DNA from: Mobula hypostoma
Taxonomy: Eukaryota
Length of the DNA: 64,000 nt
Assembly: GCF_963921235.1 (NCBI RefSeq)
Contig: NC_086097.1
Location: 93,064,001 to 93,128,000, forward strand
Direction: 5' to 3'
The notes under the pieces were generated by a model that saw nothing but the letters and a program-made list of their open reading frames with translations, ran no database searches and had not been told where the DNA came from. Both the position numbers and the translations under genes were made by a program. Every line of letters begins with the position of its first letter. The stretch's first letter is position 1. Positions 25,150 through 37,098 of this stretch are shown one piece after another.

Positions 25150-26635
25150 AAGGAATTAATAGGCAGGATAGACAAAGGAGAGTCTGGATGTTGTTTACTT
25201 GGATTTTCAGAAGGCCTTTGACAAGGTGCTGCACATGAGGCTGCTTAACAAGATAAGAGTCCATGGTATTACAGGAAGATAGTACTAGTCATGCCCTTTT
25301 CTCGCTGTTACCATCAGGAAGGAGGTACAGAAGCCTGAAGGCACAAACTCAGCGATTCAGGAACAGCTTCTTCCCCTCTGCCATCCGATTCCTTAGACAT
25401 TACCTCATTTTTTAAAATATAGAGTATTTCTGTTTGCACGTTTTTTAAATCTATTCAATATACATATACTGTAATTGATTTACTTGTTTATTATTTTTAT
25501 TTTATCATTTTTTTCTCTGCTAGATTATGTATTGCATTGGACTGCTGCCGCTAAGTTAACAAATTTCACATCACATGCCAGTGATGATAAACCTGATTCT
25601 GATTCTGACCATGGATAGAAGATTGGATGACTGGCAGGAGGAAAAGGGTGGGAATAAAGGGCACCTTTTCTGGTTGGCTGCCGGTGACTAGTGGTGTTCT
25701 GCAGGGATTGGTTTTGGAACTGCTTCTTTTCACGTAATATGACAACAATTTAGATGGAATTAATGGCTTTAAGGCCATGTTTACAGATGATACAAAGATA
25801 TCTTGAGGGACATGTGCTGAAGCAGAGTCTAATGAAGGATTTAGATTGGGAGAATAGGCTAAGTGGCAGAAGGAATACAGTGCAGGGAAGTGTATGGTCA
25901 TGCATTTTGGTAGAAAGAATAAAGACAGAGTATTTTCTAAACAGGGAGAAAATTCAAAAATCAGAGGTGCAAAGTGACTTGGGACTCCTCGTGCAGGATT
26001 CTCTAAAAGTTAATTTGCAGATTGAATTGGTGGTGAGGAAGGCAAGTGCAATGTTGGCATTCATTTTGAGAGGATTAGAATATAAGAGCAAAGATGTAAT
26101 GCTGTAACTTTATAAAGCATTGGTCAGACCATACTTGGAGTAGTGTGAGCAGTTTTGGGCCCCTTATCTAAGAAAGGATGTTCTAGCATTGGAGAGGGTC
26201 CAGAGAAGGTTCATGAGAATTATTCTGAGATTGAAGCGGTTAACATTTGAGGAACATTTGATAGCTCTAGCCTGATCTTACTGAGTTTAGAATACTGAGG
26301 GGATGGGGCCTCATTGAAGTCCAAAATATTGAAAGGCCTGGATAGAGTGTATGTAGAGAGGACATATCCTATAATGGGTGAGTCTCGGACCAGAGGACAC
26401 AGCCTCGGAATAGAGGAACATCTATTTAGAACAGCGATTCTGTAATTCATTGCCATGGACAGCTTTGAATGCCAAGTCATTGATATTAAAAGCAGAGATT
26501 GATAGGTTCTTGATTAGTCAGGGTGAACAGTGAGAATAAATCCGTTTGAGAGGGATAATAAATCAGCCCTGATTGAATGGCGTAGCAGACTTGTTAGGCC
26601 AAATGACCTAATTCTGCTCCTATGTCTTATGGCCT
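25150..26635 (+). mobile_element. Degraded CR1 LINE with a nested Rex-type 3' fragment (~25290-25608)
   Basis: YLDFQKAFDK and RKASAMLAFI.RGLEYKSKDVML motifs; the insert ends in (gattct)n and has a reverse-complement homolog at 51280-51600. Confidence 0.8.
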
Positions 26636-27136
26636 AAACTTCAAGGTTCTCTAAAGAATTTTTTCCTCCTATCAGTTTTGAATGGTAAACCCCTTATTTT
26701 GATACTGACCCCCACCTCTAGATCTCCCAGCTGGAGAAACACCTACCCCGTCATGCCTCTTCAGAATTTCATACATTTCATTGAGCCATCTCTTTCATCA
26801 GTCTTTCAAGTTTGTAATGGAACCTTGATCTTTTTTTCACACAGGGAGTCCACTCCTGAAGAGCTTTGAATGTACTTTATTACTAGCAAAAATGGGCTCT
26901 GCCCTTGCATGACAAATAAAACTAGATCTTATTTACTCAAAATAACAATTCTGAACAGGCCTAGCTCCCTTTTTACTACAAGGGGGAAATTTCATTGTTG
27001 CTGGTAAGTGCACTGTTACTCTTTTGCTGCTTACCACAAGTTCCTTTGAAGTTGTGATGGCATCTTGTTTGAGCTGACTGAGACTGAATACATCAGTAAC
27101 TTCAGGTTTATTAATTTGTGTCTCCATCCCCACCAG

Positions 27137-27228
27137 AATGAAATCTTTGCTTCTCGGCACCAAGATGAGAACAGTGTCGCCTGCATTGAAGAGAAATGTT
27201 ATGTGCTGACTTTCTCTGAATACTGTAG
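27137..27228 (+). CDS. BAHD1: BAHD1 internal coding exon (BAH domain); absent from the ORF track
   Basis: ccccaccag acceptor; manual translation [31 protein letters not shown]; donor ag|gtgagt. Phase 0 in, phase 2 out. Confidence 0.95.
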
Positions 27229-27360
27229 GTGAGTAACACTGGGCTTTCCAGTTCTATGGCCAATGGAAAAGACAGTGGTTCAAAAAGGTGCTCAAAGTGG
27301 ATCCTTAAACGTAAAGTAGTAGCTAATAAATGGAATTAGAGAGACACCATTCCTTAATGG

Positions 27361-27994
27361 TAGGGGACCGTCAAGTCAAGTAGGGGACCGTGCGCAATTC
27401 TGATTTGATGGAGACGGATGTGAGAGTATGGAGGAACATCTGGAGAAACCTCTGAAATGCCTGCTTCACTGCCGCTGCTACTGTGTGGTAACCGTAATCT
27501 CTGGAGCAGAAGGCCCTGAGTCCTCGGCTTTGCTTGTTTCAATGGCTGGGGCTAGGTCGAAGGCGCTCGACAGAGGATGGCGCTCCGGAGGGAGGCTGTA
27601 TTGGAAGGGTTGGTCGGAGGCTCAAGGTTTTCAGATGGACGGACTTGGTGTCGGCTGTGGTCGGCTGCGTCCAAGGCATCGGCGGTTGTCGGTGCCTTGG
27701 AGGTTTATGGCAGGAAGTTTCTTCCTTTTGCCGCCTGCTATTGGGGACTCGGGAGTCAATCGGGACTTGAGACTTTTTTACCGTGCCCGTGATCTGTTCT
27801 TTATCAAATTATGGTGTTGCTTTGCACTGCTGTAACTATATGTTATAATTATGTGGTTCTGTCAGTGTCAGTCTTTGGTTTGTCCTATTTTTCTGTGATA
27901 TCACTCTGGAGGAACATTATCATTTCTTAATGCATGTATGCATTTCTAAATGACAGTAAAAGAGGATTGAGTGTTCTCATAAACTAATCTAATC
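27361..27994 (+). mobile_element. CpG-rich non-coding retroposon in the last BAHD1 intron
   Basis: (CTAAT)n tail; TAATGG direct repeat at 27355-27360 and 27995-28000; duplicated 5' GTAGGGGACCGT. Confidence 0.6.
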
Positions 27995-29056
27995 TAATGG
28001 CTGGAATAGGGAACGGAGTATCTCATAACTGGATAAAGTCAATATATACATGTACTGAAAAGGAAGTTGGGTAAAATCAGAGGATAAAAGAAACATGGAA
28101 GTAAAAGAACAGAAAGAGGTGGATGATCAGTCCCAAGAAGATAACCAGATAGGAACCAAAATGGAAGGGGTGGTTAGATGGGTGTCTTGTGTGTATTTTT
28201 TTTTCTTTGTATTTGCACTGCCCTTGGCCACACTTTTACATGGGAAGTAGGTCACTCCACCTCTTGAGCATGATTTACTCTCAGTTATATCAAGACTGTT
28301 TTAACTTTATGCACTGACCAGCAAAAAACATAACATCCTGAAGGGTCCAATTGATTCCCATTTTAGAGACCTCGAGGGAAAAGATTATATCAATTTTCCC
28401 TTCGTCATATGGAAAAGGTCTTCCTGATTTTGCTTCTGAACAACACAGCAAATTTTTTTCTCCCACAAATTCTGCAAATTGGAAATAATCACTAAATATA
28501 TATCTTCCTTGCTGTTTGTTGTTTTAAAAACCTGGGATAGATCTTCCATCCTCAATTTTAAGCCCAGCATCATTATGATGAATCTGTATTGTACCCGCTC
28601 TAAGATCAATGTATCTTCCTGACCCATGGTGTTCAGAATTGAATGCAGTAGCCAGATGGGACTTGACCAAGGCTGGCATAACAATCATCACCTTGTCCCT
28701 CTGAGATGCATTGAATGAAAGTTGTTAATTGTCTGCAAGTTTGCTTGCAATTGGGGCTTTGACGTGCACAGGTAGGCTCTGATATAAGATGCAGGAGATT
28801 CTGCAGGTGCTGGAGATCTTGAGCAACACATAAAATGCTGGAGGAACTCTGAAGGTCAGGTAGCATCTATGGAGGGGAATAAACTGTCAACATTTCTGGC
28901 TTATGAAGAATGAAGCCCCAAGTGTTAGCATTTTTTCCCCTCCATAGATACTGCCTCCAGCATTTAGCGTTTATTGCTCTTGTACAAAATGTTACTGGTG
29001 TAGAGTCCTTTCGGACTTGTCATTCTCATTCATCTTCTCATCTTGGCTTTCCACAG

Positions 29057-29243
29057 ATTCTGTGCCTTGGCAAAATGGCGAGAGGAAGGGTTTCCTGATC
29101 AGAGGCTAGTGGTACCACCTTCTGAAGAGTATTCTACACCTTCACACCGCAAGGTGCCAGAAAACACAGATCCTGATCTGGTGTTCATTTGCAGGCACGT
29201 TTATGACTTTCGTCATGGCCGAACTCTGAAAAACCCGCAATAG
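29057..29243 (+). CDS. BAHD1: BAHD1 last coding exon
   Basis: ttccacag acceptor; (R)[64 protein letters not shown] at 29241-29243. The ending [15 protein letters not shown] is characteristic of BAHD1. Confidence 0.95.
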
Positions 29244-30340
29244 TTATGGCACTTCCCAGATTCCAAGAGACCTCAGGTGTAAAAAAAAAATGAGCACGCA
29301 GCAACAGAAAGAAACCAGAATGAATGGATTTTGACTGGAGATGTAATTCCACAAAGCCTTCCTGATGGACAACTGATACTCTTACCTTTGCCTTATGTAC
29401 ATAGATTAGATGAATTTTTATGACCTGCTCAATTGACTGGATACCAAAGGACAGTGACCGACCTGAAGACTGGCTCCTGAGAAATGGTGCTAGTTTCTGC
29501 ACTAACCAATTCAACTGTCATCGCAACACTCGAGTCACTTTTCTCATCCTCATCCTTCATCACCACTAACAACGGGTCCCATTTCCCAAAAGATTGCTGA
29601 TGCATTTCACAATTTCTATCCATTAAACGCAGCGACAAGAGATATTGCACTTGTATTCCAAACCAATTTATTTCTCAAATGACCTTTGCCCAATTTCCAA
29701 GCTGGCCATCAGTGAATGCCAGCACTAAAATGTTTACGTCTGAATTCGGATATCATTCCAAATTCTTTCTCTTTTTTCTTTATTTTTAATTATTATTTCA
29801 AAGAAAATTGCTTATTGGAATTAAATTTCAAAAATGTATTGACTTTTGAGGAAGAAAAATTAATATATGATTTAAGTTTGATAGCTATGTTTGAAGAGAC
29901 CTTTTTAAAAAAAAATAGTTCTTTCTCTACTGATGTTCTGATGTTTTCACTTGAAAGGTTTAATAATGTTTGAAGTGTTAGGCCCATGGTCAATAGAATT
30001 AAAGATGTTTCTTGAGGAACTATAGTTTCTTAGTTTTTTGGTCTTTAAAAGGAGTAGCCTATGCATTTGTCATGCTCTTCACTAATACTTCTGCCATTAT
30101 TCAGTGCCATGAGTTCTTATTGAGAATTGCCAGAATCGCAAGCTCTGGTCATCTGATTTAAAATGGACATCAGCCTCTGACAGATTTCAGCTAACCTGGC
30201 ATCAGAGTGTCACCAGCGACCTGACTCAGTTTTAAGGCACCAAGGAAATAGTCGATGTTATTTTCTAAAGAGCCATTTGCAATACCTTGAATCATTTTGT
30301 AGACATTAAAAATACTTCAAATAAAAGGCAGAAGATGCCT
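29244..30340 (+). other. BAHD1: Probable BAHD1 3' UTR; candidate polyA signals ATTAAA 30305 and AATAAA 30319-30324
   Basis: Sequence after the stop codon with no recognised repeats and AT/U-rich tracts. The 3' end is inferred from hexamers only. Confidence 0.4.
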
Positions 30341-31811
30341 GGAATGACAGACATCTAAGAGAAATGAAGGTAATGTATTGGGTGGACTTGGAAAAGCAGG
30401 TTTTAAAAATTGACGAGAGATCAGCAATTAGATGAAGGCAAAAGAGAACATGGTATTGGGGATCACAGTGCAAGCTAAATGGACAAGCAATAAGAGATGG
30501 GTTGGAGGTATTAAATTCATTGTCACAGCAACTGTCTTAGAAATAGACCAATCTGGAAGACTGTGGAGCACCTTATTGAAAACTGAAGTAGTGGTTCACT
30601 GGAGCCTGAAACACAAGACAGGGAAAGGATGTGAAGTTACAGTGACCAAAAGCGCTGGATTATGCTTGTAGACCGAGCAGTAATAATTCACAAAACAGTC
30701 AGTCCATATTTGATTTCCCCAGGATAGAAGTATTGTGAATAAGTAAATTGAAGGTTGTGAAATTAAATTGCTAATCTGCAAACTGGGGGAACATGGTAGC
30801 CTTGGACTACAGAAAAGATGGGAAATAAAAGAGCAAGTATTTTGTACGCATACTACTTGTACAGAAAGAAAGGGAAATAACTAGCAATGTAGTTGTACCG
30901 CAGGTGACAAAGAAAGTTGAGTGGTGTGGAATGTTCTTCAGAAAAAGTACAAGGAATAGTTCTTCAAAATGTGAGGAATGGGAGTGAAAATTGGATCATG
31001 GGTTCACACAGGATGTAGAGGCTTTTAAGGAAGAAGGTGTCAATAAAAGAAACCCTATAATGTATCTGACATGGAATACAAGATGTGAGCAGTTTAAATG
31101 CAATGAATTGAGAGTTCTCTGCATACAGGAGCAGCATCAGTTGAGGAAAGGGCCGTTAGAAGTATTAGTGGTGCAGTAAGAACATACAAAGAAGCAAGGT
31201 GTTGAATCTTCACTGGAAGTAGGGTAAAAACAAGAACCTGTGGGGTAAGTCTTGTGCTTTCGATTAATATGCAGGTGTATCTCAGAAAAGAACATAGCAA
31301 AAAGGAGGAATCAAGCAAAGGGAAGGAAACATGGAAATAAAAGCAAAGTTGACACCTTTAAATTGGGAGGACAGGAGACAGCAGCAGTAGTCCTTCACAC
31401 TGCGTAAGGAGGGAAAGGTAGAGAAAAAGCCTGGACTACGGATAGGAAAGAAATGTTCTACATGCTACAGAGAATGTAAACTGTTTAAGTCCCTACTAGT
31501 TGTTGGTGAAGGAGCAACTGTTGCAGCTCCTGAGATTAGAAAAGAGTTGCCAGGGATCAAGGAGGGGTAAGTGAGAGACATGAGCATACCTGCAAGTGAA
31601 GAAGAGAATGGTCCGTTTGTAAAGTAGAAAGGGGGGTGGGGGAGGGGTGGTGAGGAGATGTGGCCTGTAGTGGGATCCTGTTGGAGCTGGCAGATGTGTC
31701 ACTCAGTATGCTGGATGTGGAAACCATTTGGGTGCTAGGTCAAAACCAGGGGAAATCCATCTCTTTTCTGCCTGAGGGGTGAGAACAACTGCAAGATGTG
31801 GAGGAAATGTA

Positions 31812-32292
31812 CATCCAGTGGCCACTTTATTAGGTATAGGACTGGAATCCAGTGTGGTCTTCTGGAACTGTAGCCCATCCACTTCAAGGTTTGACGTGTA
31901 AAATGTGGTTATTTGAGTCACCCTCAGCTTCCTGTGAGCTTGAACCAGTGTGGCCATTCTCTTCTGGTCACTCTCATTAATAAGGCTTTTTCGCCCACTT
32001 AACAGTGGGTGTTTTTTGCACCTTTCTCTGTAAATTCTAGAGACTTGTGTGTGAAAATCCCATAAGATCAACAGTTTTTGAGATGCTCAGACCACTCTGC
32101 CTGGCACCAACAATCATTCTGCAGTCAAAGTCACTTAGATCACATTTCTTCTCCTTTCTGATGTTTGGTCTGAACAACTGAACCTTTTGACTCTGTCTGC
32201 ATGCTTTTGTGCATTGAGTTGCTGCCACATGATTGGCTGATTAGATGTTTGCATTAATGAACAGCTGTACCTGATAAAGTGGCCACTGAATG
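31812..32292 (-). mobile_element. Non-autonomous Tc1-family element
   Basis: TA|CATCCAGTGGCCACTTTATTAGGTA ... TACCTGATAAAGTGGCCACTGAATG|TA; minus strand encodes the transposase N-terminus KKCDLSDFDCRMIVGARQSGLSISKTVDLMGFS. Confidence 0.85.
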
Positions 32293-32294
32293 TA

Positions 32295-33463
32295 CAGTGG
32301 CATGCAAAAGTTTGGGCACCCCGGTCAAAATTTCTGTTACTGTGAATAGCTAAGCGAGTAAAAGATGAACTGATTTCCAAAAGGCATAAAGTTAAAGACG
32401 ACACATTTCTTTAATATTTTAAGCAAGAAAACTTTTTCTTTTACAGTTCTTCTTCTTTTACAGTTTCAAAATAACAATAAAGGGAAAAGGCCCAAAGCAA
32501 AAGTTTGGGCACCCTGCATGGCAGTACTTAGTATCACCCCCTTTGGCAAGTATCACAGCTTGTAAACGCTTTTTGTAGCCAGCTAAGAGTCCTTCAATTG
32601 TTTTGGGGGATTTTCGCCCATTCTTCCTTGCAAAAAGCTTCTAGTTCTGTGAGATTCTTGGGCCGTCTTGCATGCACTGCTCTTTTGAGGTCCATCCACA
32701 GATTCTCGATGATGTTTAGGTCAGGGGACTGTGAGGGCCATGGCAAAACCTTCAGCTTGCACCTCTTGAGGTAGTCCATTGTGGATTTTGAGGGGTGTTT
32801 AGGATCATTATCCTGTTGTAGAAGCCATCCTCTTTTCATCTTCAGCTTTTTTACAGACGATGTGATGTTTGCTTCCAGAATTTGCTGTTATTTAATTGAA
32901 TTCATTCTTCCCTCTACCAGTGAAATGTTCCCTGTGCCACTGACTGCAACACAAGCCTAAAGCATGATCGATCCACCCCCATGCTTAACAGTTGGAGAGG
33001 GGTTCTTTTCATGAAATTCTGCACCCTTTTTTTCCCCCGACCTATGCATCGTTGAGAATCTGTGGATAGACCTCAAAAGAGCAGTGCATGCAAGACGGCC
33101 TAAGAATCTCACAGAACTAGGAGCCTTTTGCAAAGGAGAATGAGTGAAAATCCCCCAATCAAGAATTGAAAGACTCTTAGCTGGCTACAAAAAGCGTTTA
33201 CAAGCTGTGATACTTGCCAAAGGGGGTATTACTAAGTACTGACCATGCAGGGTGCCTAAACTTTTGCTTCAGGCCCTTTCCCTTTTTTGTTATTTTGAAA
33301 CTGTAAAAGATGGAAATGAAAAAAGTTTTCTTGCTTAAAATATTAAAGAAATGTGTCATCTTTAACTTTATGCCTTTTGAAAATCAGTTCATCTTTTACT
33401 CGCTTAGCTATTCACAGTTACAGAAATTTTGACCAGAGGTGCCCAAACTTTTGCATGCCACTA
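32295..33463. mobile_element. Tc1 (DD34E, IR/DR type) fold-back derivative
   Basis: TIRs CAGTGGCATGCAAAAGTTTGGGCACC and GGTGCCCAAACTTTTGCATGCCACT; inner direct repeats near 32498 and 33249; QQDNDPKH..SPDLNIIE with 34-aa spacing; transposase 3' end present on both strands. Confidence 0.9.
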
Positions 33464-33469
33464 TCTATA

Positions 33470-34560
33470 AGAGCTTTGTCAATGATGGAAGAGGGGAAGC
33501 CATGCTTCCTGAAGAACCCAAGAGGAAAACCTCATCTTGAGTATAGATGCAACTAATGGAGAAACTGAGAGTGGGGAATAGTTTCCGTACAGGTGGGAGG
33601 AAGTATAGTTGAAGTAAGTGTGGATTCTACTAGCTTATGGTAGATATTGGTGAATAGTTTGTTTCCTGAGAGACAGGTCCAGAAAAGGAAGAGGTGTAAA
33701 ATGGTCCAAGTGAATTTGGGCAGGATGTAAGTTGATGGCAAAGGTAATAAAATTGAGTTCTGCAGAAGCACGGTTATAAGTGTAGCAGAGAAAAAATTTG
33801 AGGAGGGCTACCAGAGTAGATTTGAAGGCTGTTCCACATAGTCAACGAAAAGACAGGCACTGCTGGGGCCCACGTGAGTGTCCATGAATACACCTTTGAT
33901 AGGCAGATTGTGAAGTTGAGGTGGTTGGAACCAGAGAATTGGCAGTAATCAAAATAATGTAAAGCTTTGGTGTGCAGTATGTAGATAGGAAGAAACTGGG
34001 TAAGGGGGAGATAGAATAGTTGAGGTATGAAGAGATGCATTTGGTTGGGCAAGAGCTGGCAGAAGCAATAGGTCAACCAGCGCAATCCTTTTTGTGGATT
34101 TTGAAAGAAGGAAAGGGCTACGTCAGGCTGGAGACAGTGGGTGGATCATGTCCTGAAGCATTGAGATTTGTAAATGTCCAGGAGACAGTGATCTTGTGTT
34201 TGTTCATGGAGTCTTGGCTTCTGGAAGTCAGTGTGCCAGACTACAACAGCTCTCCTGTCTTATCTGCAGGTTGGGATTGGTGTGAACTGAGTGGAGCACT
34301 GCATATTGGGAAGTGAGTAAGCTTGGAATGGCTGGGGGAGTTAACGCCATGTAATGTCAGCAATTAAAGCTGAAAAGGGCAAAAGGCCAGAAGGGCTGTC
34401 CAAATGGAAGGGATGTGCTTGAGGCATTAGAAAGGGTCATCGGTGGGGTGGGAGGGGTGGTGTGAGGAGGAGAGGAATGATTTCCTGACAGATCATGGAG
34501 GTGAAGGTAGCAGAAGAGCTCAGCATCATCTTGGGACAAACTCATTGAGGTGCAGGCATA
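33470..34560 (-). mobile_element. Old Penelope-like RT fragment
   Basis: Degenerate similarity to the Penelope RT region also seen at 36077-36640. Confidence 0.45.
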
Positions 34561-35989
34561 AATGTACAAAACTGAGTTTGAAAGTTCCGTTTCAGTAAAT
34601 GGGTGGATGTGGAGCTGAAGCTAACCATTGCAACTGGGGAATTTATATCTGTGTCATTAAATGCATCTCTAACATGAAGCTTGCATTTGTATGGTAACTG
34701 AATGAGGCAATTATCACATAATGACACAAACAACCCATGTACAGTAGTTCACTGATATATTTTAGGGACAAACATCTCATCCTTAACTAGTTAGGTTCAA
34801 GAACTGTGATCGATGAAATGTCAATGTCAGGAATTAAATTTTTGTTTTTTAAAGTTCTTGGGTTAACATCTTGTGAAAGATGGCACCTCCAACCATGCAG
34901 GACCACTTTAGTCCTGCAGTGAGGGATGATCCGAGTTTTTGCTCAAATGTTTGGAATGGGCTTTCAACCCACAACCTTGCAGCTGCAAGATTGCCCACTC
35001 AACCATTCAGAAGCAGAATAACACGAGAAACACTGAAAAAGACAAATCAGTCCACATTCAAAATGGAGAAAAGGTAGGTTGGTGTTTGTTTTTGATGTCC
35101 TTTTGTTAGAATTGGGTAACCAATAAATATGTAGGGGGTGTGGTGAAAGAACATTAATAGAGTGAGCTCAATGATGTAGAATTGCACTGTTATGTACAGC
35201 ATTCATCATTGGATTGACAAATGTTTTGTGCACAGACCTTGGTTAAGTATCAGATTCAGATATATCACATGTACATCGAAACAGACATTTGCGTTGCGAG
35301 GGGCAGCCGGCAAGTGTCGCCACACATTCCAATGGCAAATAGCATGCCCACTCTGCTCAGCAGAACATAACAAGCAATGAAACAACAACAGCAAATCAAG
35401 CCCTTTTCCTCCGTCACATCTATGCAGGCAGTTTTCAAACCACAGGACAGTCTGTACCACCGACAGACTCGCCGACAATGGGCTTCTGACTTTCCTAGTG
35501 GCTTCAGCCATTGGATTTCAGCTTCTGAACTTGCAATCGGGTATCGGGCTTTGATTTTTCAATAGCTGATGACAGGTCACAAACTCCAGACCATGAGCAC
35601 TGGACTTGCCAATTCACTTTCGTAGGGGTCACTGGCTGTGGTGTCCTTTGCTCACACAGACATACAATCTCAGGGCCCACTGATCTGGGGGTCTAGCTGA
35701 TCTAGTGGGCCACCAGTACTCCTCCTTGTCCTCATCCATAGCACTAACCAGCTCGACATCCACAGATGTCTTTCATCACCACATTGGCCATATGGCATGG
35801 AGGCATGGACTGCAGATGTCTTCTGTCCCATGTCCACATTGCTGGCCTGTAACCATGAGTGGAAGCCTAGATTTTAGACACCCATTCTGGTAACTGGCCT
35901 TTGAGCTCAGAGTGAAGGCCTGGATTCTGGATGACATTTGCTCCATTGCATATTGCTGGTCTTTGAGCATGGAATGAAGGCCTGTACTC

Positions 35990-36660
35990 CAGCCTGACCT
36001 CTAACTTCTCCATATCCCTGTCCCTAAACCCTAACCTGACTCCTAACTTCCCCATCTGCCTTCAAAATCATCCCAACTACGAACGTAAATCTGGGCCACA
36101 ACCTCGACGAAAACCACAGATTGACGCTGCCTTGGGGTGGCTTAAGTGGTGCTTCAGTGGAAATATGCTGGCATCTATCAAAAAATCGTAAGATATTTGA
36201 AATGGAGATACTGAGAAAGGGAAAAGTAGAGTCAGAGATGTAACCACATGGAGGTTGAATACAGATTCTATCTGAATGCAGGGAGGAATACCAATGCAGT
36301 CATTGCTGTACCTAAAAGAGTTGATAGGTATTGAATAGGACTGAAACAAAGATTCCAATTACTATATAGAAAGGTATGAGTCTGAGCTACACGAGTCTCT
36401 TTAATCTGGAAAAAGTGGAGCTGAAGGAGAAAGTTGTTTAATGTGAAAACAAGTTCAGCCAAGCCTGAGTGTTGGTGCAGGGAATGGTCTGAGCCTTATT
36501 GGAGAAAGATGCAGAGGTCTCTTGGACCACCCTGGTGTGGGATGGATGTGTAGAGGGATTGTTATATGTCTGTGGCAAAGTGATCTGGTAGGGACCAAGG
36601 AATTGCCCACTGTCAAAGGTGGAAAAAGGCATCAGAGGTATCACAAGTGTTGGAATGAAC
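35990..36660 (-). mobile_element. Old Penelope-like RT fragment
   Basis: AELVFTLNNF..HFFQIK and ESLFQSYS..FRYSNDCIG (degenerate RYIDD). Confidence 0.6.
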
Positions 36661-36679
36661 TGGATCAAGACTTTCATAT

Positions 36680-37098
36680 GAAGAAAGACTGGATGAACTG
36701 GGCTTGTACTCGTTGGAATTTAGAAGATTGAGGGGGGATCTGATTGAAACGTATAAGATCCTAAAGGGATTGGACAGGCTAGATGCAGGAAGATTGTTCC
36801 CGATGTTGGGGAAGTCCAGAACGAGGGGTCACAGTTTGAGGATAGAGGGGAAGCCTTTTAGGACTGAGATTAGGAAAAACTTCTTCACACAGAGAGTGGT
36901 GAATCTGTGGAATTCTCTGCCACAGCAAACTGTTGAGGCCAGTTCATTGGCTATGTTTAAGAGGGAGTTAGATATGGCCCTTGTGGCTACAGGGGTCAGG
37001 GGGTATGGAGGGAAGGCTGGGGCGGGGTTCTGAGTTGGATGATCAGCCATGATCATAATAAATGGTGCAGGCTCGAAGGGCCGAATGGCCTACTCCTG
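36680..37098 (+). mobile_element. CR1 3' fragment
   Basis: YSLEFRRLRGDLIETYKI..RGHSL..FFTQRVVNLWNSLP; ctattttctatgtttcta tail. Confidence 0.9.
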
